64,000 bases of DNA from an uncultured Candidatus Peribacteria bacterium (GCA_964534565.1 CAZHON010000001.1:36152-100151); one strand, 5' to 3'. Shown: positions 7,653-16,221, counted from the first letter of the stretch. A program made the numbers and translations. Notes: a model not told the origin generated them from the letters alone.

Positions 7653-8765
7653 TTACTCTGTGCGTCCAAACGTCGAAATCGTTCGTTCCACCGCGTCCAT
7701 GAATTTGGAACGGAAATGCGTCTGGGAGAAACGCTCTGCCTCATGGCGAATCGTCGCTCGATCGAAATGCATTCCTTGGAATTTCGTGAGTGCTTGCTCC
7801 AGAGAGTCGGTGGTTTGAGCGTGGAACAGCACGCCGGTCTTGCCTTCCTCCACGGCATCCAACGCACCGCCTTTCCCAAACGCAATGGCAGGAGTTCCAC
7901 AGGCCTGGGCTTCCAAGAGCACCATTCCGGCATCTTCTTCCTGCGGGAAGAGAAGGGCCCTGGAAGAGGCGTAGAGGGCCGGAAGGTGTTCATCCTCGAC
8001 TCGACCCAGAAAACGCACCGTAGGCCCCGCCAATTGTCGTAGGCGAGCTTCCTCGCGGCCACCGCCGGCGATCCAAAGCGGCAATTGCAGTTTGTTGCAG
8101 GCCGCAATGATCAAATCAAACCGTTTGTAGGGGACCATGCGACCGATGGCAAAGAACGGCGCATCGGCGGCAGGGTGTTGGAGCGGGGTTTCGAAAAAGT
8201 GTGTGTGCACCGGAGGCGGAAGCACCTCGCTCGTGCGTCCGTAAATTCTGAAAATGCGTTCCTGCGTGGTGTGAGAGTTTGCGAGGAAAGTGTCCGTACG
8301 TTTTGCGGTGGAGAGATCCCACCGACGCAATCGACTGAGCATGCGTCGCACGGTTTTTCGAAGCAGGTGTGGGACATGGAAATCGTTGAGGTACTGCTCC
8401 TGCATTTCCCACGCGTAGCGCATGGGTGTGTGGCAGTAGCACACATGCACCGCAGTGCTGGGCACGATGATTCCTTTCGCAACCGCGTGTGACGAACTGA
8501 TGACGACATCGAATCCTTTCAGATCAAGTTCCTCCAGTGCGCGCGGCAACAACGGCAACAGAAGTTCGTGCTGACCGAGAAGTGTGTAGAGTTTTTGCAA
8601 ACGAGGAATCGTGCGAATGTCCGCATTTTTCAGCGGACCCAAACGCTCGGGTCGTGCGACTGTGGTGAAGAGCGGTGCGTCCGGAAAAAGCTCATGCAAT
8701 TCCGCGAGAACGTGTTCCGCTCCGCCGAATGTGACAAGCCAGTCTGCGACGATTGCGATCTTCAT
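7653..8765 (-). CDS. Glycosyltransferase family 4 (GT-B fold)
   Basis: MKIAIVADWLVTFGGAEHVL.. at the N-terminus and ..FPQEEDAGMVLLEAQACGTPAIAFGKGGALD.. (the E-x7-E region) at the C-terminus. The start is set at the internal ATG, which has TATACT 7 nt upstream. Confidence 0.85.
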   Translation of the reverse strand: MKIAIVADWLVTFGGAEHVLAELHELFPDAPLFTTVARPERLGPLKNADIRTIPRLQKLYTLLGQHELLLPLLPRALEELDLKGFDVVISSSHAVAKGIIVPSTAVHVCYCHTPMRYAWEMQEQYLNDFHVPHLLRKTVRRMLSRLRRWDLSTAKRTDTFLANSHTTQERIFRIYGRTSEVLPPPVHTHFFETPLQHPAADAPFFAIGRMVPYKRFDLIIAACNKLQLPLWIAGGGREEARLRQLAGPTVRFLGRVEDEHLPALYASSRALLFPQEEDAGMVLLEAQACGTPAIAFGKGGALDAVEEGKTGVLFHAQTTDSLEQALTKFQGMHFDRATIRHEAERFSQTHFRSKFMDAVERTISTFGRTE

Positions 8766-8918
8766 TGGGTGAAGTATAGAAGTATAAAAGTAGAAAAAGT
8801 ATAGAAGTATGGAAGGGATAGAGCGGCAAATTCTTTCGCCAAACATTTCTCAAGTATTCACTCGCGCTTTTTTACTTTTATACTTCTACACTTTTTCACT
8901 TAGATATACTCTCCCCCG
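8766..8918. promoter_or_regulatory. Divergent promoter region carrying CTTCTATAC(TT) repeat units on both strands
   Basis: Read on the minus strand: CATACTTCTATACTTTTTCTACTTTTATACTTCTATACTTCACCCA-ATG. Read on the plus strand: TTTTACTTTTATACTTCTACACTTTTTCACTTAGATATACTCTCCCCCG-ATG. TATACT lies 7 to 8 nt from each start codon. Confidence 0.6.
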
Positions 8919-9863
8919 ATGTTGCGTTCCCCCCGCCCTCTTCCGCGGCGGTTCAATCGTACGGTCACACCCTATACCAAGTCGTTGGTGCGCAAGCACC
9001 ACGGGGTCCGTCGGCAGTACACACGCGAGCGTTTTAGGCGGTCGTTTTCGCGAATGCAGGAGAGTGCGCAGAATATCGGACAGCGTCTTGCGGCATCATT
9101 CTGGTGGGTCGTCGGAGCGATGGTGGTGGGAGTATTCATCGTCACGCTCTTCTCTCCACTCTTAACCGTGCAACAAATCAAAGTCGCACGTCGCGACCCG
9201 CGAGTCGATGTGGAATTGGTGGAGCACGCACTCAAACCGCTCTTTGGAAAACGCATGATCTTCGTGTCGCAGCAGGAGGTCGCTGCTCTGCTGAATGCGG
9301 AATTGCCCGAGGTGAAGCGCGCCGCGATGCCCGATCTTTTGAGTATGAGCATCAGCAAGCAGTACCCATCGACCCTCAGCATCGAACTCGTTCCCGATCG
9401 CATCGTGGCCAAGCTCAACATTCTGCAACCCAACCAACAGACGGCGGTCACGGCGACGGGTTCTCAGCTGCGCGACTTTGTCACCGAGCAGGGGATGCTC
9501 GTGTCGTACCTGCCATCCGAAATTACCGACGCTGCGTCACTCCCCGCGATTGATATCATCGATTGGGGTGCGCATCCGCAACCGTGGACGAAGATTCTCT
9601 CTCCGGAGTTTTTGCAGGATCTGAAAAAATCGGAGGCACTGTTGAACGGACAGTTCGGACGAAAGGTGCAACGTCGTGTCGTGTACCTGCGCGCACAGGA
9701 GTATCACTTCTTGCTCGATGACAAAAAAACGTTGTGGCTCGATCGCAAGAGTACGGTCGAAGAACAGCTCGCTCGCTATCGACTATTCCTACAGGTCGAT
9801 ACGCACCCGGTTGCCAATCAGTACATCGACTTGCGTTTACGCGACAGAATCATCTATCGCTAA
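8919..9863 (+). CDS. FtsQ/DivIB-like cell division protein (basic N-terminal tail, one TM helix, POTRA-like region)
   Basis: The architecture is an Arg-rich cytoplasmic tail, the TM helix LAASFWWVVGAMVVGVFIVTLF, then VQQIKVARRDPRVDVELVEHALKPLFGKRMIFV, which resembles the POTRA start of FtsQ. Confidence 0.5.
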   Translation: MLRSPRPLPRRFNRTVTPYTKSLVRKHHGVRRQYTRERFRRSFSRMQESAQNIGQRLAASFWWVVGAMVVGVFIVTLFSPLLTVQQIKVARRDPRVDVELVEHALKPLFGKRMIFVSQQEVAALLNAELPEVKRAAMPDLLSMSISKQYPSTLSIELVPDRIVAKLNILQPNQQTAVTATGSQLRDFVTEQGMLVSYLPSEITDAASLPAIDIIDWGAHPQPWTKILSPEFLQDLKKSEALLNGQFGRKVQRRVVYLRAQEYHFLLDDKKTLWLDRKSTVEEQLARYRLFLQVDTHPVANQYIDLRLRDRIIYR

Positions 9864-9936
9864 GCGGTTTTGAGCCCTTGCTCAAGCCGTTTTAAGTTGT
9901 TGCGCACTCGTCTTAAAATGGTCCAATGCCTAGCCG

Positions 9937-10839
9937 ATGGCAGGCGTCTTCCGTAGACTCTCCCCAATGGTCGACGCACTCCTCTCCGTGTTCCTCATGG
10001 GGCTCCTGCCGGTTGCCGGTGTTCAAGGGGAACCACAGAACACTCTCGGAGCAAATTTGCTTTCGGTTTCAGCGCCCGCTCAACTTGAAGAGCCGGGTGC
10101 CCAATCGTTGTTGGAGTTGCAGCAACGTCTGTCTGCGTCGGGTGTGTTGATTGTCGATCTCGATAGCGGTCAGCCGCTCTTCCGACGCGCTGCGGATGTT
10201 CCTCGTCCGATGGCGAGTCTGACGAAGCTGATGACGGCGCTCGTCATTGTCGAGCATCACGACATGGGTGAGTGGGTGACGATTCCCGAAGACATCACCA
10301 GCATCGAAGGCAGCAAAGCCGACCTGCACCCTGGCGATCAGTACACGGTGGGGGATTTGCTTTCGGCGATGCTCATTCTTTCCGCCAACGATGCCGCCGA
10401 AACATTGGCGCGCTATCACAGCGGGAACGAGAAGTCGTTCGTGAAAGAGATGAACGATCGAGCAGCAGTGTTGGGATTGAAAGAGACCATGTACATGAAT
10501 GCAGACGGAATCGATGCGAAGGGGCAGAAGATGAGTCCGCAAGATTTGGCATGGCTCACGATGTTCGTGCTCAAGTACCCCGACATCCGCGTGCGCATGG
10601 GCACCCCCGAGGCCACCATTCAAAGTAAAGGCGGTCACTTGATCAGCCTTCGCCATACGCACGAGCTGCTGCACGAAGACAGCCCCGTCATTGCAGGCAA
10701 AACGGGCACCACCGACGGTGCGGGTCAGTGCCTTCTCTCGGTGGTACAAGAGGGAGGAAAACGCTACCTTGTCATTCTTCTGCACTCCTTCAATCGTTAC
10801 GCAGATATGCGAGCTGTCCTGCAGGTTCTCCGCGTGTAA
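9937..10839 (+). CDS. D-alanyl-D-alanine carboxypeptidase (peptidase S11, PBP5-like), secreted
   Basis: SLTK (SxxK), SAND (SxN) and KTGTT (KTG) motifs appear in the correct order, after an N-terminal signal peptide. Confidence 0.85.
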   Translation: MAGVFRRLSPMVDALLSVFLMGLLPVAGVQGEPQNTLGANLLSVSAPAQLEEPGAQSLLELQQRLSASGVLIVDLDSGQPLFRRAADVPRPMASLTKLMTALVIVEHHDMGEWVTIPEDITSIEGSKADLHPGDQYTVGDLLSAMLILSANDAAETLARYHSGNEKSFVKEMNDRAAVLGLKETMYMNADGIDAKGQKMSPQDLAWLTMFVLKYPDIRVRMGTPEATIQSKGGHLISLRHTHELLHEDSPVIAGKTGTTDGAGQCLLSVVQEGGKRYLVILLHSFNRYADMRAVLQVLRV

Positions 10840-10845
10840 TCCCCT

Positions 10846-11898
10846 ATGCGAGCTTTGCACCCCGTCCATCACTGGTTGTCTCTCCGCGTCCGCCTGCTCT
10901 GTGGGCTCGCGTTTGCAATCGGTACCATTCTTCCGCCCTACGTTCCCAACGAGGCGCTCGCGCAACACGCGGAAGAAGAGGGTCCTCCCTCTCCACAATT
11001 CCTTCTCGTGGAAGATGGATTTTTGATGAAGTCATCCTCCCTCACGATGCAGGGAAGTCGCCGCGCGTATGCGGAAGGAATCATTCACACCGTGGCCGCG
11101 GGAGAAAATTTGCAACAGATTGCACAACGATATTCCATCTCTGCAGAGACCATTCGTTGGGCCAACAAATTGGATGAGGCCGCTCCCGTTCAACCGGGTG
11201 ATGATCTGCTGATTTTGCCGGTCGACGGAGTGGTGCACACGGTGGCAAAGGGGCAGACCCTTGCGAAGATTGCCGAGATGTACAGCGTGCAACCGGAAGC
11301 GATTGCTCGACAGAACCGTTTGGAAGGAGGTTACATTTTGGCAGGCCAAGAGTTGATCATTCCGGGTGGAGCGCCGATCGTCGCGAAGCCGACCGTGGTC
11401 GCACAGCAGCCGACGACACCCGACAAAAAGCCGCCGACCAAAACCACGCCATCCAAGACAACACTGCCTCCGGACGAGAAGGTGCAACCGACATCGGGCA
11501 CGCTCCAAATGCCGTGCAACGATTGCTACTACACGCAGTACTATCACCCGGGACACGAAGCAGTGGATATTCAGACGAAGGGTGGGGGACCCATCTTCGC
11601 GGCTGAAGACGGTATCGTGATTCGTGCAGATGGACGCGAAGCCGATGGCAGCGTCGATTACGATCAGTGGAACGGTGGATACGGAAACGTGATCGAGATC
11701 GATCACGGAAACGGAGTCGTGACGCTCTACGGCCACAACAAAGAGCTGTACGTGAAGGAGGGCGACCACGTGAAGCGCGGACAGGAAATCGCATTCATGG
11801 GTCATACAGGACGTGTCTACGGTGCAACAGGAATTCACACCCACTTCGAAGTGCGCGTAAACGGTGTCAAAAAGAACCCGCTGCTATACTTGCAGTAA
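10846..11898 (+). CDS. LysM-domain M23 metallopeptidase
   Basis: There are two LysM repeats (HTVAAGENLQQIAQRYSISAETIRWANKL and HTVAKGQTLAKIAEMYSVQPEAIARQNRL), a Pro/Thr/Lys linker, and an M23 core (HEAVDI, GNVIEIDHGNGVVTLYGH, GIHTHFEV). Confidence 0.85.
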   Translation: MRALHPVHHWLSLRVRLLCGLAFAIGTILPPYVPNEALAQHAEEEGPPSPQFLLVEDGFLMKSSSLTMQGSRRAYAEGIIHTVAAGENLQQIAQRYSISAETIRWANKLDEAAPVQPGDDLLILPVDGVVHTVAKGQTLAKIAEMYSVQPEAIARQNRLEGGYILAGQELIIPGGAPIVAKPTVVAQQPTTPDKKPPTKTTPSKTTLPPDEKVQPTSGTLQMPCNDCYYTQYYHPGHEAVDIQTKGGGPIFAAEDGIVIRADGREADGSVDYDQWNGGYGNVIEIDHGNGVVTLYGHNKELYVKEGDHVKRGQEIAFMGHTGRVYGATGIHTHFEVRVNGVKKNPLLYLQ

Positions 11899-11908
11899 AC
11901 GAGAAAAG

Positions 11909-11917
11909 TGCTATAAT
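11909..11917 (+). promoter_or_regulatory. Extended -10 element TGCTATAAT
   Basis: This is an exact TGnTATAAT, 14 nt upstream of the ATG at 11932. Confidence 0.5.
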
Positions 11918-11931
11918 AGTAATACAAACAT

Positions 11932-12051
11932 ATGCCAACAACACAACAGAACAAAGCCGGAGAGCAGAATCTTCTCCTTGTTGGAGCCATTTGGCTCGTG
12001 ATTGCAGGCTGCTTCGCATTCCTTGCGACAGCGTTGGCTGCAGGATTGTAA
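11932..12051 (+). CDS. Small hydrophobic peptide (39 aa)
   Basis: My own translation is MPTTQQNKAGEQNLLLVGAIWLVIAGCFAFLATALAAGL, which contains one TM helix. An extended -10 lies upstream. It is below the ORF-track length cut-off. Confidence 0.35.
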   Translation: MPTTQQNKAGEQNLLLVGAIWLVIAGCFAFLATALAAGL

Positions 12052-12057
12052 TCGGTG

Positions 12058-12615
12058 TTATGCGATCGCCCTCGCGCCGACCATGATCAGAAAGACACCA
12101 AGTGTATTGCATCCAAATGAGACCATCGCAAAGTCTCGCGAACTCATTTTTGAAATTCCACTCAACATAGTGACACCCAATTCGTCCGGCAAAGGAGAGG
12201 CGATGACAAAACCGGCAGCAAGCCACAGGAGCATGCGACGCACAGGTTCAGAGAACTTTTCACTGTGAATATGTGACCCAATGGAGCGAAAAAAGTGAGA
12301 TGATCGCAATTGTTTGATTTCTTTCGTGAACAAAGAAAAACGCAGAAGATCGAAAATGAGATAGTCCGATAAAAGTGCGCCGGCACCCGCGACGAGGGCT
12401 CCAAGAACGGGATGCGTGAACTGTGCCATCTCGATGAAGATCGCAATGCCAAAGGGGGTCGTGAATCCAAAACTAAACAAGAGCCCGCCAATGAAGATCG
12501 AGATATATCCAAACCCGCTCAGTCCATCCAGAAAATGCAGGTACCCCAAGTGATAGAGCGAGTACGCAATCACAAAGCTTGCGAGCAGGACGCAGAGATG
12601 AGGATATTTGTGCAT
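12058..12615 (-). CDS. Hypothetical integral membrane protein
   Basis: ORF 12058-12666 is trimmed to the Met of MHKYPHL, which has TATACT 7 nt upstream. It has 5 to 6 hydrophobic helices. No family was recognised. Confidence 0.55.
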   Translation of the reverse strand: MHKYPHLCVLLASFVIAYSLYHLGYLHFLDGLSGFGYISIFIGGLLFSFGFTTPFGIAIFIEMAQFTHPVLGALVAGAGALLSDYLIFDLLRFSLFTKEIKQLRSSHFFRSIGSHIHSEKFSEPVRRMLLWLAAGFVIASPLPDELGVTMLSGISKMSSRDFAMVSFGCNTLGVFLIMVGARAIA

Positions 12616-12679
12616 TCGCATCAGTATAGCAGAAAAAGGCCATTTTGTCTTGGGCCTAGGCTGCATTTCTATGCTTTGA

Positions 12680-12756
12680 TGGCGGGCCCGACGGGATTTG
12701 AACCCGCGACCTCCCGCGTGACAGGCGGGCGCTCTAAACCGCTGAGCTACGGACCC
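12680..12756 (-). tRNA. trnD: tRNA-Asp (anticodon GUC), CCA end encoded
   Basis: Cloverleaf GGGUCCG..., anticodon stem CCCGC/GCGGG with loop CUGUCAC, T arm GCGGGUUCAAAUCCCGU, 3' GCCA. Confidence 0.9.
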
Positions 12757-12845
12757 TTAAAAAAGCCTGCAAACGGTACCAGGGCAGAGAGCCACTTACA
12801 ATGCCTTCTCCAGGATCTAAATACGGAAAATAGAGCATGGTGAAC

Positions 12846-12873
12846 CTCCCGAGTCGCAATTGCGACTCGGGAG
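12846..12873. terminator. Perfect 13-bp palindrome hairpin downstream of the minus-strand gene 12930-13823
   Basis: CTCCCGAGTCGCA-AT-TGCGACTCGGGAG. No clean U-run follows on either strand. Confidence 0.4.
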
Positions 12874-12929
12874 AGTTCTGTGACACTTAGAACCGGATCA
12901 CGTTTTTGCTTTTGTGCGGAGAGAAGAGA

Positions 12930-13823
12930 CTAGCTCCCCGCGCCGACCGGCAAGCCGCCGCAGATCTCGGTCGCTTGGTCGATGTTTCCGGTAACGGCCG
13001 CCTCGCTGGCTTCGCTCGGGTTTAAGAACTCGAGCATGAGGGGGACCGTCGTCGGAATCACTTCTTCGACCACGTCGAGAACGGGCTTCCAGTCGAATCC
13101 CTCTTGGAGGGGGCCACGCTGCTCTTCGTTGCTACCGCCTTGGACGTAACCGGCGATGTGCAAGTACCCGATGATACTTTGGTACTGCCGCAACATTTCG
13201 ATCGGATCTTCTCCGGCCGAGATGCTGTGGTACACGTCGAGGCAGAGTCGGAAGTTCGGGTGATTGACCCGTTCCACGATGTTCGCCGCGAACTTTGTCG
13301 TACGACCGAGAACCTTCGGATGACCGCGCCAGGGGAGCGGGTTGCGGGTATTGAGCGCCTCGAGCACGATCGTGACGTTGTGTTCTCGCGCGATCGGTGC
13401 GAGCTTCTGGTATCCGTCGATCAGATACCGCGTCTGGTCGGCAAGCAAGCTCCCCGTATTCTGGCCAGTGAAGGCAATGACGTAGGGGATGCCGGCCGCC
13501 GAGGCCTGCTGAATCGTTTCGACGTATCGCTCGTGAACGCGTTCTGCAATTCGCGAGTTATTCGGCGCCGCGTGAAACGGCATGCCGTCCTTGGCGATGC
13601 CGGACATGTCGGCCATCACGCAGAGGATCGGGACATTGTTGGACTTCACGAGTTCGCGATCCTTCGGCGCGACGAGGTCGATGCCGAGTTCGTTTTCCTG
13701 AGCCCGTTGAATGAGCCACTCGAGAGTGCACTGAGGCGGAACAAAGTTCGGACCGTTGGTGGGATCCGGGTTGTGAACCGCAGTCCATGCTGCAATGGTC
13801 AGCTGACGTTGTGGAGAACCCAT
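12930..13823 (-). CDS. Sugar phosphate isomerase/epimerase (xylose isomerase-like TIM barrel, hydroxypyruvate isomerase-like)
   Basis: The 297-aa ORF carries EALNTRN..., RLCLDVYH and GYLHIAGY.., typical of the AP endonuclease 2 / xylose isomerase-like TIM barrel fold. Its codon style is CpG- and G3-rich, unlike its neighbours. Confidence 0.7.
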   Translation of the reverse strand: MGSPQRQLTIAAWTAVHNPDPTNGPNFVPPQCTLEWLIQRAQENELGIDLVAPKDRELVKSNNVPILCVMADMSGIAKDGMPFHAAPNNSRIAERVHERYVETIQQASAAGIPYVIAFTGQNTGSLLADQTRYLIDGYQKLAPIAREHNVTIVLEALNTRNPLPWRGHPKVLGRTTKFAANIVERVNHPNFRLCLDVYHSISAGEDPIEMLRQYQSIIGYLHIAGYVQGGSNEEQRGPLQEGFDWKPVLDVVEEVIPTTVPLMLEFLNPSEASEAAVTGNIDQATEICGGLPVGAGS

Positions 13824-14039
13824 CGTATTTCAAACTCCGAAAGTGCGCCCCTTGTTGAGGGGCAAAAAACGTAAACCGCTGTTGTTCACAGAACGGTGCT
13901 GCCCGAAAAGGTAGCCGCGGAATTATACGCGGAATACGACGTCAAGCAACCCTAACATTGGGCTGTAATGCTTTTGGAGGGCCAACGTCTGGTACTCTGA
14001 ACATCTAGATTTTTAGGTGTTTTCATTGCCCCCATCTCC

Positions 14040-14807
14040 ATGAATCATCGTTCTCTCCTCCTCGCTGTTGTTCTGCTTGCTGCTTGCTCCGAAGCGAAGC
14101 CGACCTTCGATACTCCCTCCGTGGTCTTCAGTGCTCCCTCTGTTTCCAGTGTGTCTTCCACGGCGTCCATCGCATCTGTGCCCACAGCATCGTCCAAGCA
14201 GGCAGTGCCCGTCTCCGCAACACCCGTAAATCCTTCTTCTAATCCCCCTAGCGTGTTGATTGAGGTGCCGTTCGCCCCACAGGCGCCCTCGGCCAACTGG
14301 GACGCGCTACACGAAGAAGCATGCGAAGAGATGTCTCTCATCATGGTGCAGCATTATTTGGATGGAACATCACTCAGTCTGACCGATGCCGAGACCGAAG
14401 TGCAGGCACTTGTGGCATGGGAGCGAAGCAAGGGGTACGCAGATGACGTGACGGCGTCTGAGATTGCCGATATTGCCGAGGCGAAGTACGGAAGCAAGGC
14501 GCGCGTGCTTACGAACGTGACTGCTGCAGAGTTGCGCAAAGAACTTGCCGCCGGTCACCCGATCATCATGCCCGCTGCCGGTCAGTTACTCGGCAACCCG
14601 TACTTCAGTGGTGATGGTCCTCCGTACCACATGCTCGTGATCGTTGGATACGATGCGAAAGGATTTATTACGAATGATCCAGGAACCAAACGCGGCAAGC
14701 AGTACTGGTACGCAACCGACGTGCTCATGAACGCTCTTCACGATTGGACGGGAGATAAGGCAACGATGAGTACGGGTGCGAAGACAGTGGTGGTGATTGA
14801 TTCCTAA
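14040..14807 (+). CDS. Lipoprotein with a C39-like (YvpB-type) cysteine peptidase domain
   Basis: Lipobox LLAAC, a Ser/Pro-rich linker, then VPFAPQAPSANW...ACEEMSLIMV...PYHMLVIVGYD...NDPG. The C, H and D residues are spaced as in Peptidase_C39_2 proteins. Confidence 0.5.
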   Translation: MNHRSLLLAVVLLAACSEAKPTFDTPSVVFSAPSVSSVSSTASIASVPTASSKQAVPVSATPVNPSSNPPSVLIEVPFAPQAPSANWDALHEEACEEMSLIMVQHYLDGTSLSLTDAETEVQALVAWERSKGYADDVTASEIADIAEAKYGSKARVLTNVTAAELRKELAAGHPIIMPAAGQLLGNPYFSGDGPPYHMLVIVGYDAKGFITNDPGTKRGKQYWYATDVLMNALHDWTGDKATMSTGAKTVVVIDS

Positions 14808-14840
14808 ATGAAGAATGTTTTCCACCTTTGTCCGAGATGA

Positions 14841-15171
14841 ATAAATGTCCTTTCTTGTCAGGGTGACAAGAAAGGACCAAAGAAACGCTCCGCCGCCTAT
14901 CGCCCCCAGTCCCGCCTTGTGTTTCGCTTTCGAACGCGTGGTCGGTTGCGCTCTCGAAAGCTCACAAGCTCGCTGCGGCTCGGCAAGGCTGCCCCTTCAC
15001 CCCCAAAGGCGGCGGGACACACTCCTTTGAGAAGAAACAAAAACAATACACAAAATCTCCGGACGGCATGCGCAAACGCCGGGGGTGGTGGGGCAGGCGG
15101 AGCGGGCACTCGTTTGCGCCGTATTTTCTTTCGCACTTTCTTTGTTACACGGACAAAGAAAGTGCATTCAA
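14841..15171. ncRNA. Modular structured element, copy 1 (candidate ncRNA or repeat family)
   Basis: The conserved blocks, stems and compensatory differences shared with 39804-40143 are itemised in the finding at 14841-15171. Confidence 0.6.
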
Positions 15172-15186
15172 CTCGGTTGAGGAATT

Positions 15187-15214
15187 AAAAAGAGCCCGAC
15201 AGTCGGGCTCTTTT
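15187..15214. terminator. Bidirectional intrinsic terminator
   Basis: AAAAAGAGCCCGAC-A-GTCGGGCTCTTTT, with an A-run on one side and a T-run on the other, between convergent genes. Confidence 0.7.
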
Positions 15215-15234
15215 AGAATCAATGGGAGAGTGAA

Positions 15235-16179
15235 TTACTCAGCGAGGACTTGGATCTTTGCGCCAACCTCAGGCTTCGCAAACTGGAAGTATGCGGACTT
15301 GTAGAGTCGTGTGTAGCTGTCTTCCTCGGCCATCCACTTGCGGAGGATGTCGATGTTTCCGTTCTCGTACACAACGAGGCTGCCTGGTTCTGCATCGCGC
15401 AAGCTGGAACCTGCATAGACCTTCTGGCTGACGTTTCCGATGAGCAAGCGGACGACTTTGTCCGGGCTCTGCTCGGCTGCCTTTGCAACTTCCTTCCAGC
15501 GCTGATCAACATTGTTGCAGTAGGAGATGAGGTTTCCGAAACGGTCGACGTACGCAAGTTCCCAACGGTCGTCTGCGTAGTCGGGGATCTTGTCGATTGG
15601 ATCCTTCTCGAGTGGCATGTTGTGCTCTGGGTGCAAAAGATACGCCGTGTAGCTGGAACGGAACTGTTCTGTCGGTCCGTACAAATTGTTGTCGAGGTTT
15701 GGGAGGTGAGACAATGTCTCGATGCGGTGTTTCACCGTGGAAAGGCTTGCGAGGTCCGTTGTCACGATGCGAATGTTTCCTGCTGTTGCGACGTGGAACA
15801 ATGCGCCGTTCTCCTTGTTCAAACGAGGAGCTGCGTTGATGAAGATTCCTGTGATCGTTTTCTTGAATTCCTCCTGCACGCCATGTGGGCACTCCGGGCT
15901 CAAGACATAGTCGTTGAGAGCGAAGATGAGACGCACGATGTGTCCCGTAATATTCTCACGTCCGTAAATATCGAACTCACGGCGGACCGGTTCGAGAGGG
16001 AATGAGCGGAAGTCCGTCGACAAAAGAGCATCTGCATCATCCTGGAGGAACGGGTTTTTACTGCGACCGTACGTGTCCGAGAAGGCGTAGATGCGGCGGA
16101 GAATATCCATCTGCATGATGAGTGGGGAGGAACAAGAAGGGCCCGAATGATAGACGAAAGATTTTGGCGAGCAAGCCAA
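15235..16179 (-). CDS. Hypothetical protein, possibly a divergent SAM hydroxide adenosyltransferase (DUF62)-like protein
   Basis: The C-terminal LAYVDRFGNLISY...G..VVYENGNIDIL resembles the DUF62 C-terminal barrel (IDRFGNLITN motif). The N-terminal half is not clearly alignable from memory. The ORF-track start is a TTG; Met codons at residues 22 and 24 are alternatives. Confidence 0.35.
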   Translation of the reverse strand: MACSPKSFVYHSGPSCSSPLIMQMDILRRIYAFSDTYGRSKNPFLQDDADALLSTDFRSFPLEPVRREFDIYGRENITGHIVRLIFALNDYVLSPECPHGVQEEFKKTITGIFINAAPRLNKENGALFHVATAGNIRIVTTDLASLSTVKHRIETLSHLPNLDNNLYGPTEQFRSSYTAYLLHPEHNMPLEKDPIDKIPDYADDRWELAYVDRFGNLISYCNNVDQRWKEVAKAAEQSPDKVVRLLIGNVSQKVYAGSSLRDAEPGSLVVYENGNIDILRKWMAEEDSYTRLYKSAYFQFAKPEVGAKIQVLAE

Positions 16180-16221
16180 ATCGATACAGATTTCTTGAGA
16201 GGAGCATCAGACCATTTTTCT

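Noticed and set aside
14845-15030. 61-aa ORFs conserved in both copies of the modular element (also 39809-39994), sharing N- and C-termini and the stop position.
   Set aside because: I do not accept this as the primary explanation. The central 27 residues are unrelated, while the underlying nucleotides keep base-paired stems. The element's conserved structure continues ~140 nt beyond the stop. Copy 2 lacks an ATG (it has TTG), and neither copy has an SD or a -10 at leaderless distance. I keep it as a caveat in the finding.
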